Assembly (NCBI GenBank): GCA_964016885.1
Contig: OZ024743.1
Coordinates: 251,596,001-251,660,000, forward strand
Length of the DNA stretch: 64,000 nucleotides
Reading direction: 5' to 3'
Source of the DNA: Eledone cirrhosa
Taxonomy: Eukaryota
Made by a program: the position numbers and the translations under genes. This document shows, in pieces, positions 24,493 through 37,460 of the stretch; the first letter of the stretch is position 1, and every line of letters begins with the position of its first letter. The notes beneath the pieces are model-generated. The model had not been told where the DNA came from, ran no database searches, and saw nothing but the letters and a program-made list of their open reading frames with translations.

Positions 24493-26190
24493 AAATTTAT
24501 TCAATTTGATATCAATTCTTACTACACCTCTATTTCCCCTATCCTATTAAATAAGGCACTTATCATGGCCATGACCAATAGCGACCTGACTAGAGCCCAG
24601 GTTGATGTCATCCTTGCGGCCCGTAAAACCATAATCACCTTTGAGGACCAACTATGGACACGCAAGGATACGCACAACAACTTCGACATAACCATGGGAT
24701 CTAGTGACTCGGCGCAGGTCACAGATTTGGTCGGCCTATACCTCCTCAACGAAATCCATAAGGACCTCCCTTACCTCAACGGTGGTTTGTACCGCGATGA
24801 TGCACTTCTACTTATAGAATATAACAAATTCAATATAGAAAGAACTAGAAAACAACTGCATAAGACATTCAAAAACTTTAACCTTAGTATCACCATGGAG
24901 AAAAACACTAAACATGTTAACTTCCTAGACGCCACACTATACCTAGACTCAAAAATATATACACCTTTCCACAAGCCTAATGAGAAACTTATTTACGTAG
25001 ATACCAAGTCTAATCACCCTAGATCAATATTAAACTCTATCTCTAAGGGGGTGTCCAATAGAATCTCTAGTCTGTCCTATGACGCAAACATATTTAGCAA
25101 AAACTCACAATATTACAATCAAGCATTAGCTAGCTCCGGCCATAATATAGAAATTGAGTTCCTACCTAAGAAAACACATAGCTACAACATCATCTCGCAC
25201 AACATGTCCATGAGGAAATCTAATAATAGGAATAGCAACCACAAGTACACCAAAGCGGAGGGTGCCACCGGAAGTAACCATTACCATGGAAACTACTGTG
25301 GGGCCTTAGGAGGAAGCAACACACCAAACACTAAAAGCAAAATTAGAAGAAGAAATAATACATTTTTCAACCCTCCTTTCAACCTAAATGTCTCCACCAA
25401 CATACCTAGGGCTTTCTTCTCACTACTAGATAAAAACTTCCCTCTAGGACATAAGTACCACAGCCTCTTAAACAAAAACACCATTAAAATCTCATACTCC
25501 ACGACGCCTAACTTAGCATACCACATAGCTAGCAGCAATAATAGTAAAATTAGTTCTTACTTCCAACAAACAAAATCACAACGGGATGCAAACCCTCTAA
25601 ATACCACTGTAGCAAGCAACCATAGCAACGGCAGTAACAATAGAAATAACACTAGTATAAGTAATAACACCAGGGTTGTCAACCCGAACACCCAAAATCA
25701 TATATCTACCACACGGACTTCCGCATTGCATTATAACCAGCGGACTAACGCACAGGATAATTGTAACTGTAGAGCTAATAGAACCTGCCCTTTAGATAAA
25801 AAATGCCTAACCAAGGATGTCATATACTCATGCACCGTCACGACTAATAACTCTTCAGAAACCTATGTAGGCTCCACTTCTAACTGCTTCAAAATCAGAT
25901 ATAATTCGCACATCCACTCGTTCAAAAAGCACAGCCTAGCCAACTCCACCTCACTTTCTAGCTACATACACTATCTAACATCTAAAAATAAACCATACAC
26001 ACTCAAATGGGAAGTGATAGGAAGCGCGACCTCGTACAAACCACCTAATAAATTCTGTAATCTCTGTATACTAGAGACACACAATATTATCTTCTCCAAC
26101 CGTAACCTACTTAACAAAAAATCTGAGGTGTTTGCAACTTGCCAGCACCGCCTCAGACATTCCTTCCAAAACTTTAAGCCCAATATATAG
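24493..26190 (+). CDS. PLE reverse transcriptase plus GIY-YIG endonuclease (~565 aa; the N-terminal IY part of the ORF call is microsatellite)
   Basis: [62 protein letters not shown]...YVG, CNLC..E, CQH. Confidence 0.9.
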   Translation, partial: KFIQFDINSYYTSISPILLNKALIMAMTNSDLTRAQVDVILAARKTIITFEDQLWTRKDTHNNFDITMGSSDSAQVTDLVGLYLLNEIHKDLPYLNGGLYRDDALLLIEYNKFNIERTRKQLHKTFKNFNLSITMEKNTKHVNFLDATLYLDSKIYTPFHKPNEKLIYVDTKSNHPRSILNSISKGVSNRISSLSYDANIFSKNSQYYNQALASSGHNIEIEFLPKKTHSYNIISHNMSMRKSNNRNSNHKYTKAEGATGSNHYHGNYCGALGGSNTPNTKSKIRRRNNTFFNPPFNLNVSTNIPRAFFSLLDKNFPLGHKYHSLLNKNTIKISYSTTPNLAYHIASSNNSKISSYFQQTKSQRDANPLNTTVASNHSNGSNNRNNTSISNNTRVVNPNTQNHISTTRTSALHYNQRTNAQDNCNCRANRTCPLDKKCLTKDVIYSCTVTTNNSSETYVGSTSNCFKIRYNSHIHSFKKHSLANSTSLSSYIHYLTSKNKPYTLKWEVIGSATSYKPPNKFCNLCILETHNIIFSNRNLLNKKSEVFATCQHRLRHSFQNFKPNI

Positions 26191-27632
26191 CAATGTCGGA
26201 CTGGAACCTAACACCACATCTAGCATCAAACACCAGAGACACACCTTATACTACATACCCAACACTAACTGATCCATTATAACACAAACAATGACATCCC
26301 TCTGGAACCTTTCGCAGGGAGAATACCCATTTATACCTCTACGGCAGGTGTGACAACATCCACCCACTTGAACGGCACTACACCGCTCTAAGGGTAATTT
26401 GAGCATGAATTGATCGTTTGGATAGTGTTGTGCAGAGGAAACACCTTCCTTAGACGGATGTAAAATGATTTAATCGAGTAGCGCTGTTGACCAGTAGGAC
26501 CGGACTGCTGAGCGCAGTGGGTGAATGCATTCCAACTGCCGTGCGGGTTGTACGTATATGGATGATCTGACGGTCAGAGAGGGGTCGCGAGGACTGCGGA
26601 TTGACCTTTGGCCGGCCTGGGGATAATTATCTTTCGACATCAAATGTAGCAAGCGATGACCCAGATCTTACCAGAGATCATTGGGTCCTGAAGCAAGCCT
26701 GCAATCACCGCGCCTGGTCATATGAGCAGACTACAACCACAGAGATCATTAATTTAGAATCCTCGCTCATCATCTATAATTTCCATTTGTGGCACCTTAA
26801 GATGGGTTAATCCACCATAATAATATGATCACCTTCAGCATAACTTAATTAAACTACTCTATAGTTAATACACTTTATGCTTTAGAAATCTCTCTTGGAA
26901 GATGCGCATCACCATAGAATTTAGGGTCTATATTGGGACACATTTTAATGGCTAGATACAGAAACCCCAGAGTTACCTCCCCGCATGCATTAACTCCCCT
27001 TAGCCACACACACACTTCCGGGCGGTATTCAATGGCGTTTCTAGAAACGTAACAACCTCCTGTATCGAACTAAAGAACACCAGACTACGATCTCTAACTG
27101 GATTGTCGTGGATTATGTGAAGGGCATATAATCGAAAAATATACTCCCCTGACCATGAAAATGCCGAAGTACATGAAATACTTGACATCCCTGCGCTGTG
27201 CATCTCCATTACTTATAACACTTTTAATGCTTGCACTATCTTTAATGCTTATAATATTTCTCCACACACAGACTATATCAATCATATAAAGAATTTGCCA
27301 CCAGATCTACCAACCTAACACTCTTATTTACCTACCTAAGTGCCTCTACCACACATATCTCTCTGCCACACTATATAAACAAGACGCACATGCGTGCCAC
27401 ACATATAACATTTGCACTATATAACCGCTTATCTTCATGTTGTATTTTAACCTATATCTTTGATTTTTGATTGTACCTATTAATATAAATGTAATCTCGA
27501 AGTGTGTACTGCCACTCTAAATTCTGTAATGAATGTTGACCCACAATGTTTGAATATGTATCAATGTTTGAATATGTGTTGGTATGTCTCTCGGCTGAAA
27601 AAGAGGTCATATAACTGTCCATGCATTAATAA

Positions 27633-27685
27633 ATTGCTCCGAAGAATCCAAACCTCGGTTTGGAGGAAACAGCTGTAAGCACAAT
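27633..27685 (+). ncRNA. Type I hammerhead ribozyme with U4C core variant
   Basis: attgct CCGAAGA atccaaacc tc ggtttggag GAAA cagctg TA agca(c)aat. Confidence 0.72.
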
Positions 27686-27780
27686 AATGTTTTGAACAGT
27701 TCTTTGATTCTTATATTTCATATATTCATATATATATATATATTCATATATATATATATATTCATATATATATATATATA

Positions 27781-27838
<58 letters not shown>

Positions 27839-27894
27839 TATATATATATATATATATGAATATATATATATATATATGAATATATATATATATA

Positions 27895-27948
<54 letters not shown>

Positions 27949-28020
27949 TATATATATATATATATGAATATATATATATATATTCATATATATATATATA
28001 TTCATATATATATATATATA

Positions 28021-28109
<89 letters not shown>

Positions 28110-28120
28110 CCATGTTTTAT

Positions 28121-28198
28121 ATTGCCTCGTCTGACGAACGAGTGAAGTCGTTTATTTCGTATTCGCCTCATTCGGGAAACCTCTGGTAATGAGGTAAT
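28121..28198 (+). ncRNA. Type I hammerhead ribozyme in a solo ~190-bp island (28109-28300)
   Basis: attgcctcgt CTGACGA a cgagtga...tcattcg g GAAA cc tct gg TA atgaggtaat; 10-bp stem I with 2 G-U pairs; GUA cleavage triplet. Confidence 0.9.
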
Positions 28199-28297
28199 CA
28201 TATTGTATTGATTTTACACATTAAATTTTGCTCTGATACTGACATAGAGCACTCTTCATTTCTATGACCTTTTCTGTTTCTAACTGAAATTTCAATA

Positions 28298-28401
<104 letters not shown>

Positions 28402-28844
28402 TATATATATATATTCATATATATATATATTCATATATATATATATATATTCATATATATTCATATATATATATATATTCATATATATTCATATATATAT
28501 ATATATTCATATATATATATATATATATTCATATATATATATACATATTCATATATACGTATATTCATATATAAATATATTCATATATACGTATATTCAT
28601 ATATACGTATATTCATATATATATATATTCATATATACGTATATTCATATATACGTATATTCATATATATATATATTCATATATACGTATATTCATATAT
28701 ATATATATTCATATATACGTATATTCATATATATATATATTCATATATACGTATATTCATATATATATATATTCATATATATATATTCATATATACATAT
28801 ATTCATATATATATATATATTCATATATATATATATATATATTA

Positions 28845-29019
28845 ACACTATAAATGTGGTTGGTGTTAGGAAGGGAATCCAGCTGTAGAAAACCTGCCAG
28901 ACACTCCTATATGAGCGAGACACGGTCACCCCACCAACCTTGCCTCAAGTGGGACAACTCCCATCTAAACCATGCTGGCGTGGAAGATGGACATTAAACG
29001 AAGATAATGATGAGATGAT

Positions 29020-29020
<1 letters not shown>
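28845..29020 (+). mobile_element. RTE 3'UTR / SINE B tail fragment
   Basis: ggttggtgttaggaagggaatccagctgtagaaa...ccatctaaaccatgctggcgtggaagatggacattaaacga. Confidence 0.7.
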
Positions 29021-29103
<83 letters not shown>

Positions 29104-29801
29104 TATATATTCATATATATATATATATATATATATTCATATTTATAAATTCATATATATATATATATGAATATATATATATTTACACATACACACATAC
29201 TCTCTTTTGATATGTGCTGTTGTAAACAGTAGTTATGTCAGATCACTAACAGTTAAGTATACATTTTCCAAACACTTGATTGATGCCAAAACGGATAACT
29301 TTTACAGACACCAAACTTATTATCAGGTCAGGAGCAGTATCAGCCGACAACCCCACTACCCATCACTCCATTACTCCAAAGCTCCCTCCCCAACACTAGA
29401 AACATAGCTAGTTTAGTTGCTAAGCTTCGTTCCTTCTGCCTCTGAATCATGCTAAGGACATTTTGATATGAAGACTAAGATGGATGACCATTCCAGACAT
29501 GAGTCTGAATGGGAAATTGTTGTAGCAATTAATCTATTTTAGGTTAGAGGATCAAAGAAATTTGTTTCTTTCTGCTCATGTAGCACTGTGGGATATTTAT
29601 GTGTTATCTGTGTTGTTTGTGTTATTTGCATTGTTGAATAAACTCCTGTTTAGCTTTTATCTCTCACAACAACGTCAGTGAATGAAACCATATATTTGAT
29701 AGTTGTCGTTATGTAATGGATGGAGAAATGATCTCTATTAATGTTCATACATACAAGGGTCCATTAAAACAATGATAAAGAATATATAATGTGTGTGTGT
29801 A

Positions 29802-29901
<100 letters not shown>

Positions 29902-30597
29902 GAGAGAGAGAGATAAATATATGATATACATGTGTATGTGGGTGTACTTATATACATAGGGCAACCAGCTATAGAAGCCAGGCCAAAAATGGTATGTATC
30001 AGCAGGATGTAGGTATTTGATTCATTTAGTTTTGGGCTATGCTGACCCATTCAGTCCATGCCAGAAAACTGATGAAGCTTAGTAAACACACGTCTTGCTG
30101 AAATATTATAACACTATTGTAATAATATAAATATATTTACATACAGAATACTGTAATATAAATATTGAACTCTTACACACTTGTGGTCTACTACAATCAT
30201 GTGAGCGAGAAACGATCTCCTGACCAATCTCACCTCAAGTGGGACAACACCGTCCAACCCATGCTAGCATGGTAGATAGACATTAAACGATGTTGATGAT
30301 ATATTTTAAAAAAGGAAAAGAATGACTTCACTTGTAGTTGGTGTTCGGTAACAGTTTGGCAATTGCCAACGATGAAAGCGAGAAAATTCTCCAGAAAGTT
30401 AACCTGGATTTTTTTTTATCTTTCCTCTGAAGTTAACAAAGGACTTATTAGATCTACATAGCAAAATTATAAAATTTGGAAATTATGAAATTGTAAAATT
30501 AAATTCTTACAGAATACCAACTACAAGTGCTAGTCATTCTTTTCCTTTTGCAAATATACCTAACTATACCAAGGATCTCACGCATGTTCCAATATTT

Positions 30598-31190
30598 ATA
30601 TATGATAGGGATGAACACCGATACAAGTATACATGTGTTTGTACTGCAAATGACCAAGTTAGCTAGGTTGAAAAATACTAATTCAAAATAATACGGTTTG
30701 CCTATCTCGATTTAAAATAATAAATCAATAAAACAAACCTATATTGGCAATGGCTGTGATACCCGGACACATTCTAAATTTGTTTCGCAACAATTAAGTG
30801 AAAGTTACTATTCCTGTGCTCTTCTGTGGGTATCCAGAAATTGGTAGTTTTCACTTCAAAATATTTAAGAAGACTGAGAGAATGTGTTGTTGAACGCACA
30901 AGTGTCACAGCGCCTAACTCGTCCCATACCCGTGCCGTTAAAAATAGCAGCCGGCTTTATGGTACTAAAATTAGCTCTACGAATGGAGCCGAGAATATTA
31001 TATATAGAGTAAATTAGTAAATTAGTATTTTTCAACCTAGCTAACTTGGTCATTTGCAATAGGAACACATGTATACTTGTATCAGTGTTCCTCCCTATCA
31101 TATATTCATTTGTATTACACGGCCCTGAATTATTCCCTTCTTTGAGCTATTTAATTGTAAAAGACTATTTTGAGTTTATAACTCTATATA
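30598..31190. mobile_element. Non-coding repeat with partial terminal inversion; second, differently rearranged copy at 36958-37430
   Basis: 30600-30683 is inverted relative to 31019-31104. 31020-31190 matches 37255-37428 directly. 30685-30920 matches 37021-37255 in reverse. Confidence 0.75.
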
Positions 31191-31389
31191 TAATATATAT
31201 ATATATATATGAATGTATTTAAATATATGTATATATACACACACATATATATATACACACACATATGCCAACAACAGCCCCAACTTGTTTCCAAGTATAT
31301 TTGTCCTTGTTTTCAATTGTCTCATTCATGATGGTGTCTCTGGTGGCTGGTCTATTTTTGCAAAGAAAAATTGTCCACATAATTCTTAT

Positions 31390-31875
31390 CTAATCATCGG
31401 TGATCTTGGTTGGAGGTGGCAAATTTTTTGTTGCTGCCTTTTATCCTCCTAAGTTCTCCAGCAATTCTCCTCAAAGTGTTATACACTGATTTTGATAAGA
31501 TGGCCCCGTGCTATCCTGTTTTATGCTTGTTGTTCCCAGTACTTAAAGTTGATGTAGATGCTCTTCATCCTATGTTTCAATTGAGCCTTGTAGTGCTATT
31601 CATACAGTGGACGTGACCAGTCCATCCAAAGCAACGTTTAATGATATATGAAGCTCTCAATGTTGTAGGCGTTGATTTGTACAAATACTGCAAATATGCT
31701 GAGGTAATCTTCCCATTTCTTGTTATAATTGATCAAAATTTCTTTTGAAATAATTTCAGTTTTTAGATACACAGGTAGTACAAAGTCCATGTTTCGCAAT
31801 CATAGAGTAAGGTAGAAACATCTACAGCTCGATACACTATGAGCTTGGTTTATAGTTTCAGATTTTTGTTTCCAA
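31390..31875 (-). pseudogene. Degenerate RTE-type ORF2 C-terminal fragment
   Basis: Minus-strand remnants TKLIVYRAVDVSTLLYDCETW and WTGHV. Confidence 0.6.
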
Positions 31876-32198
31876 AGACACACAGACACACAGACACACA
31901 AAGTGGTTGGAATTAGGAAAGGCTGCTAGCCATGTAAACCAAGCCAGAAATGAAGTGTACAAACAAGATATGGTTAACTGACAAGTTTAGCCACAGTACC
32001 AGATAGCCTGTTTAATCCTTGCAAGCATAGAAAAGAGATAATGATTATGATAAGTAATTATCACATTGTCATCAGCAAATAATTATCATACTCTGCTCCC
32101 ATGTATTAAGGGCTCATTCAGATAATATTTGATTATTTTATGTACACTAGTATTTAAAACACTCATTGCACTTCTCGTATATATACATATATGTGTGT

Positions 32199-32274
<76 letters not shown>

Positions 32275-32277
<3 letters not shown>

Positions 32278-34160
32278 AAAGGTAAACATAAATAACAACA
32301 CAATCGGTACAGTATATGGAAGGTATATATTAGGTTAACGCTTGATATAGCAGGAAGAGGGTCTTAACGTTTCGGACACTAGTCCTTCATCAGAAGAAAG
32401 AATGAGAAATAAAATAGATTGAGGGGACGAGCGGGATGGAATGGGAAAAAATAACAGGTCCATTCATGTTGACATCTCTTGCAAAACTGTTGGTGCTGGC
32501 ATTTTGTGTATGATTTGTTTTTTAGAAAAGTGGATGATGGAGCGCAGCTACTTGAAATGGGAAAAAAAACGTTTTGTAAAAAGAGCTATACTTGAGCACG
32601 TGCGTAAGCATGTTTTGTGTGTGTGAGTGTGTATGTTATTATAGGTTCGTATGAAACTAAGAAGAAATGTGTGTATATGTGAGTAAAAGAGTGTGTGTGC
32701 ATGTAAGTACGAAGCTATGAGCAAAAGTATGTTAATATAAGGGTGTGTATTGGCATGTATTAGTTGTAAGAGAAGCTGCTAATGATCAAGAGAAAGTGAT
32801 AGGAATCAGGGGTGTGATAATAGACCGGGTATTAGAGAAATTGGGGAGGTGAGTTGAGTCCAAGATGGGAATATGACCCAATGCGGTGAATCAGACTTTG
32901 TTCAGTCCTGGTGTACGAGGCCTGTGATCCATGATGTAAAAGGACACCCAGGACTGAAACATGTAGGGAAGAATGAGCAGGAGAACAGAAATGACGGGCG
33001 ACAGGTGTATCCAAACCGAGTCTGATGTCCCTCAAATGTTTGGCAAAATAGTCCGCCACACAGCGTCCCGTTTGTCCGATATATAAATGCCCACAAAGGG
33101 GACACTGGAGGGCATAGACAACGTGGGTGGTATGTAGGTGAATGAAAGGTAGACACGGAAAGACCCGTCAGGGCCTGTAAGAGTGGTGAGGGTAGAAATA
33201 AAGGGACAAGTGTTGGAACGGGAACATGGATGAGAGCCGGGTGGAGTCGTGGGAGAGGTCGAAAAGGAACTGCAAACCAGGAGGTTGCGGGCACGCTTAA
33301 AAACAGTAATGGGTGGGTTTGGAAAAAAGCGAGAAGTGACGGGATCAGAAGAGAGGATACGGAAGGAACGGAGGATATGTTGCCGGATTGGTAGGGTGAT
33401 GGGGTGGTAGGTGAGAGGGAAAGAAACACGGGTGTTGGGAGGGCAGCGGTTAGATGAGAGGGCTTTGGAGCAGTCTGTTTCACAGGCACGGGTGAGAGAA
33501 GCTTGGATCAAGGTGGGGAGATATCCACGCTGGATGAAGCAGGAAGCCATGAGAAGGGAATAGGTTTTGAAATCGTTGTCCTGACTACAGAGTCGACGAA
33601 GACGGAGGAATTGGGAATAGGGTATGGAGTGATTGGTGTGGGTTGGATAGGAGGAGGTGAAGTCGAGATAAGATTGGGAGTCTGTTGGTTTAATGTAGAT
33701 GGAAGTAGAGAGGGTGTGGTGAGAGTGATTAATAGATAGAGAGATATCTAGAAAAGGGACAGAAGAATTGGAGACGGAGGCGGTGAAATTGAGAGCAGGA
33801 TGGAAAGAAAGGACAAAAGAAAGAAAACAGTCGAGCTGTTCTCGTGATAGAGAGGTGGCGCTGATACAGTCGTCGATATAACGACCGTATATCTCAGGAG
33901 TCAGTCCAGCATACTGGGAGAAGATCTGGGCTTCGACATAACCAACAAACAAGTTGGCATAGTTTGGACCCATTCTGTTTCCCATCGCTACCCCAGAGAC
34001 CTGCTGGTAAAATTCACCCAAAAAAGAAAAGCCATTGAGGGTGAGAACAAGCTCAGCCGGGCGGAGAAGAGTGGATGGTGGAGAAGACGAGTTGTTGATA
34101 GCCAGGAGTGGGATCGGAGGATAAAGGGCGGTAAAGAAGGGTATTGTGAGGATCTGAACA
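32275..34160 (-). mobile_element. Penelope-like element (Neptune-like RT), 5'-truncated, with 3' HHR
   Basis: FYQQVSGVAMGNRMGPNYANLFVG, YGRYIDD, VPFLDI, IYIKPTD, SIPYSQFLRLRRLCS; frameshifted GIY-YIG tail HLRDI...PVARHF...GLN. Confidence 0.9.
32362..32397 (-). ncRNA. Minimal type I hammerhead ribozyme
   Basis: Minus strand: tctt CTGATGA a ggac tagt gtcc GAAA cg TT aaga. Confidence 0.8.
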
Positions 34161-34166
34161 ATCTAT

Positions 34167-34405
34167 TCAGTTTGTATGTTTATATCGGGCATCACATTTC
34201 AGACCTCCCGTGGATTTGTAAGCAAGTCCACAAATCAAACAAGGGTGAGGTTTACTGGGCAATGTTTCTGGTATGTTTGATAATGCTTTTCTCCTGCTTA
34301 TTGGTTCTTGTAACCTATGGATACATCCGGACTCGAAGTTTATGATCATATTATGATGAATAGATCTCCAATTCTTCCACTGCAAGACCACTTGCTCAAA
34401 TGTCT
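34167..34405 (-). pseudogene. RTE-type ORF2 C-terminal remnant with a degenerate C2H2 finger
   Basis: WRSIH...HPCLICGLAYKSTGGLKCDARYKH. Confidence 0.5.
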
Positions 34406-34633
34406 CATATCTATATATGTCTGTGTGTGTGTGTGAAAAGCCAACAAAAAACAACAACAGGACATTACATTACACTGATGATATATATTAGTTTAATGCT
34501 TGATATAATAGGAAAACACTCATAATGTTTTGTTTGATAGTCCTTCATTGGAAGATAGGATGCGAGATAGAAGAGGAAATAGACAGACAAAAGTAAGAAA
34601 CAAAAATTGGTGAAACAATTTTTTAGTCTCTCG

Positions 34634-34668
<35 letters not shown>

Positions 34669-34710
34669 ATGTGTGCGTGAGTGTGTATTTATATATGTAT
34701 ATATGTATAT

Positions 34711-34767
<57 letters not shown>

Positions 34768-34779
34768 TATATGTATATA

Positions 34780-34864
<85 letters not shown>

Positions 34865-34867
<3 letters not shown>

Positions 34868-35142
34868 ACAGTCAGCTCAAAAGTGACACAGAGGAGACTG
34901 AGGTTAGCTGGACATGCTCACCGACATCCAGAGTTGACATTGCACTCAGTGCTCCTGTGGGAGCCCCTACATGAACACACTAGAAGCGGAAGACCAAGGT
35001 TAACGTATGTTGATGCACTAAGGACAGACACTGGTCTGTTGGAGACGCAGGACATGGCAGCGATAATGAGGGACAGAGACCGCTGGAGAGAACTCGTCCA
35101 TGGATCTCGGGAATTTTACCCGCCTTAGATAGATAGATAGAT
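34865..35142 (+). mobile_element. 3' fragment of an RTE-group LINE with (GATA)n tail
   Basis: [12 protein letters not shown]...LLWEP...GRPRLTYVD...MRDRDRWR, then stop and tagatagatagatag. Confidence 0.8.
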
Positions 35143-35162
35143 ATATATATATGTATATATAT

Positions 35163-36650
35163 GGTTATACTTGGGGAGGGTCATATTTGTGTAATATTGC
35201 CAGAATTAATAACAGAACACACTCACTGTTTGGTTGGTTTTCACTTCTCGCTGTCTTTTATATCGGTAATCTAACTTACTCGGTCCTCAATGTTGCCATT
35301 GACTGACCGACGGTCAAAAATAATACAGATACAATATAGACACAAACACATATATATAGTTTATCATAAATATTTCGTTGCACATCTGCAACATCGTCAG
35401 TGGTGTTATATTTTCCTCCTGTTGTGTTGTATGTCTACGCCATTTTTTATTCAGTCTGTCTATATATTTATTTATTTATTTGCTTGTTTATTTATTTTAT
35501 TTTGTCTTCTTTGCGCATGCGTTTGCGTGTGTGTATAGTGTTATGTTTGCTGTGTGATGGGTGACTAGTGTGTGTTTATGTGCTTGTTGTTATTGTGCTT
35601 GTGTATGTATTTATTTATCTTATTTTATTTACTTATTTATACTTCTCTTAGGTCAGTGTTGTTTGTTTGGGTGTTGTTGTTATTCCATTCATTCTTTCTG
35701 TTTAGATTTGGTCTTCTAATTTCTATTTCACTGGCCTCTCTGATTTGCCTATCTGCTGGGTCATTTCTATGTTTAGATATTATTCTAATTTCTATGTTGT
35801 CTATGTTACCGTCATGTTGTTGTCTAGCATGTTCGTATAGTACTGACCCGTTTTTTCGTCCTTTTAGTTCCCCCCAGTGTTGGTCTATCCTTTCACCTAT
35901 GCTACGAGCTGTCTCACCTATGTATGTTGTCATGTTTCTGCAAGTACCCTCTGTACATCTTATGCTATAGACTACGTTTCTAGTTTTACGGTTTATCCGG
36001 GGGTTCACCTTACATATGATACATTTCCTATTGGTACAGTGGGTTTTCTTAAAAGGGTAGGTTTTGCTGATCAGGGATTTTATGGTGGTTCCTGGCTTTT
36101 CTACCACCTTTATTTTTAAGTGGGTCTTTCTCAGGGCCTTTCTACACTGGTTAGCTAATTTCCCTCCAGGGGTGGCGTCCACAAACATGACACTCTGGTA
36201 TCTCTGGTTGTCGTACCATGATGTGGCTTTCCCTATCTTATGTCTAGCCCTATCTAAGCTATTCCATGATTTGCTCCTGTATAATGGGCAAATTCCTTTC
36301 ATGTCCAGTTCTATGAGGATCTTATACTTTTCCATGGCTCCTTCGTATACTCTGACTCTGTCTCTTTGGTTGTAGCCAGAGAACTGAATGCGGTTGATGA
36401 AGTGTTGGATGTGTCTTTCCATTTCTGTTGGGTCGCACATGCGGGACACATTCTTCATCACTCGTACCAAATCTGCGATCAGAATATTAAACTTAGCACT
36501 ACTGGACATTGCTGAGTTTTTGAGTATCAGGTATTTGGAGGACATGGGTTTAGCATAGTGTGAGTGGAGAAGTTGGGCTCTCTCGTCTATAGTGTTAATC
36601 CAGAGTTCTGTGTCTAATACAGGTAGTCTATTGTTAGGGTGTTTGGAAGG
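35163..36650 (-). mobile_element. Second copy of the 16103-18426 PLE family (3' 1.5 kb)
   Basis: ORF 35637-36545 is nearly identical to the C-terminal part of ORF 16280-17893; same 3'UTR. Confidence 0.93.
35340..35410 (-). ncRNA. Type I hammerhead ribozyme (sister copy at ~18166-18240 has GAAA changed to GAAC)
   Basis: Minus strand: aacacca CTGACGA t gttgca gatg tgcaac GAAA tat...ata TA tgtgtt. Confidence 0.7.
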
Positions 36651-36659
36651 ATATATATA

Positions 36660-36920
36660 TACAATTCAATACATGAACAGAGAAAGCCTTAAGCGATACT
36701 CCGACCAACTCCATCTCACTCAACAAACATTAAGATATACTTAAGTATTATCCCAATTTAGTGTTTGGGGTGCTAACTAATCAGTATTTCGTGGATAATT
36801 GGTTGTATTATTTTATATGAGACATTATTAAATAAATATCTCATTTCTTCCAGACGGCCGTTTCGTTATAAGGTTTCTACAATTTGGGATAAATAATTTC
36901 CAGGTTATGTAGAAACTTGT
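36660..36920 (-). mobile_element. Non-coding island beginning with the 3' half of an HHR
   Basis: Minus strand: hairpin gtttctaca...tgtagaaac, then GAAA cggccg TC tggaag; the 5' core is lost at the (TA)n junction. Confidence 0.55.
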
Positions 36921-37460
36921 ATATATATATGTATATATATATGTATATATATATTTATACAAATGAATATATAAGAGGGACGAACACTAATACAAGTATA
37001 CATGTATTCTCATTGCAAATGAGTTAGGCGCTGTGACACATGTGTGTTCAACAACACATTTCTCTCAGTCTTCTTAAGTATTTTGAAGTGAAACTTACCA
37101 ATTTCTGGATACCCGCAGAAGAGCACAGGAATAGTAACTTTCACTTAATTGTTGCAAAACAAATTTTTCAAATTTGTCGGGGTATCACGGCCATTGCCAA
37201 TATGTTTTTATAGATTTATTATATTAAATCGAGACAGGCAAACCGTATTATTTTAAATTAGTATTTTTCAACCTAGCTAACTTGGTCATTTGCAATGAGA
37301 ACACATGTATACTTTTATCGGTGTCCGTCCCTCTCATATATTCATTTGTATTACACGGCTCAGAAATATTCCCTTCTTTGAGCTATTTAATTGTAAAAGA
37401 CTATTTTGAGTTTGTAACTCTCTATAAATAATATATATATTTATATATATATATGTATAT

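Larger units (their letters stand above)
24493..27716 (+). mobile_element. Penelope-like element, 5'-truncated, with uninterrupted RT-GIY-YIG ORF and ~1.5-kb 3' region ending in an HHR
   Basis: See the CDS below; HHR at 27633-27685; (TA)n on both sides. Confidence 0.92.

Noticed and set aside
29478-29535. HHR-like aga TGGATGA ccatt..aatgg GAAA ttg..caa TT aatct
   Set aside because: Core mutated at positions 3-4 without compensation; probably a dead HHR, so not called.
30069-30112. CTGATGA agc...gct GAAA tatta TA
   Set aside because: Core and short stem II are present but no stem I pairing.
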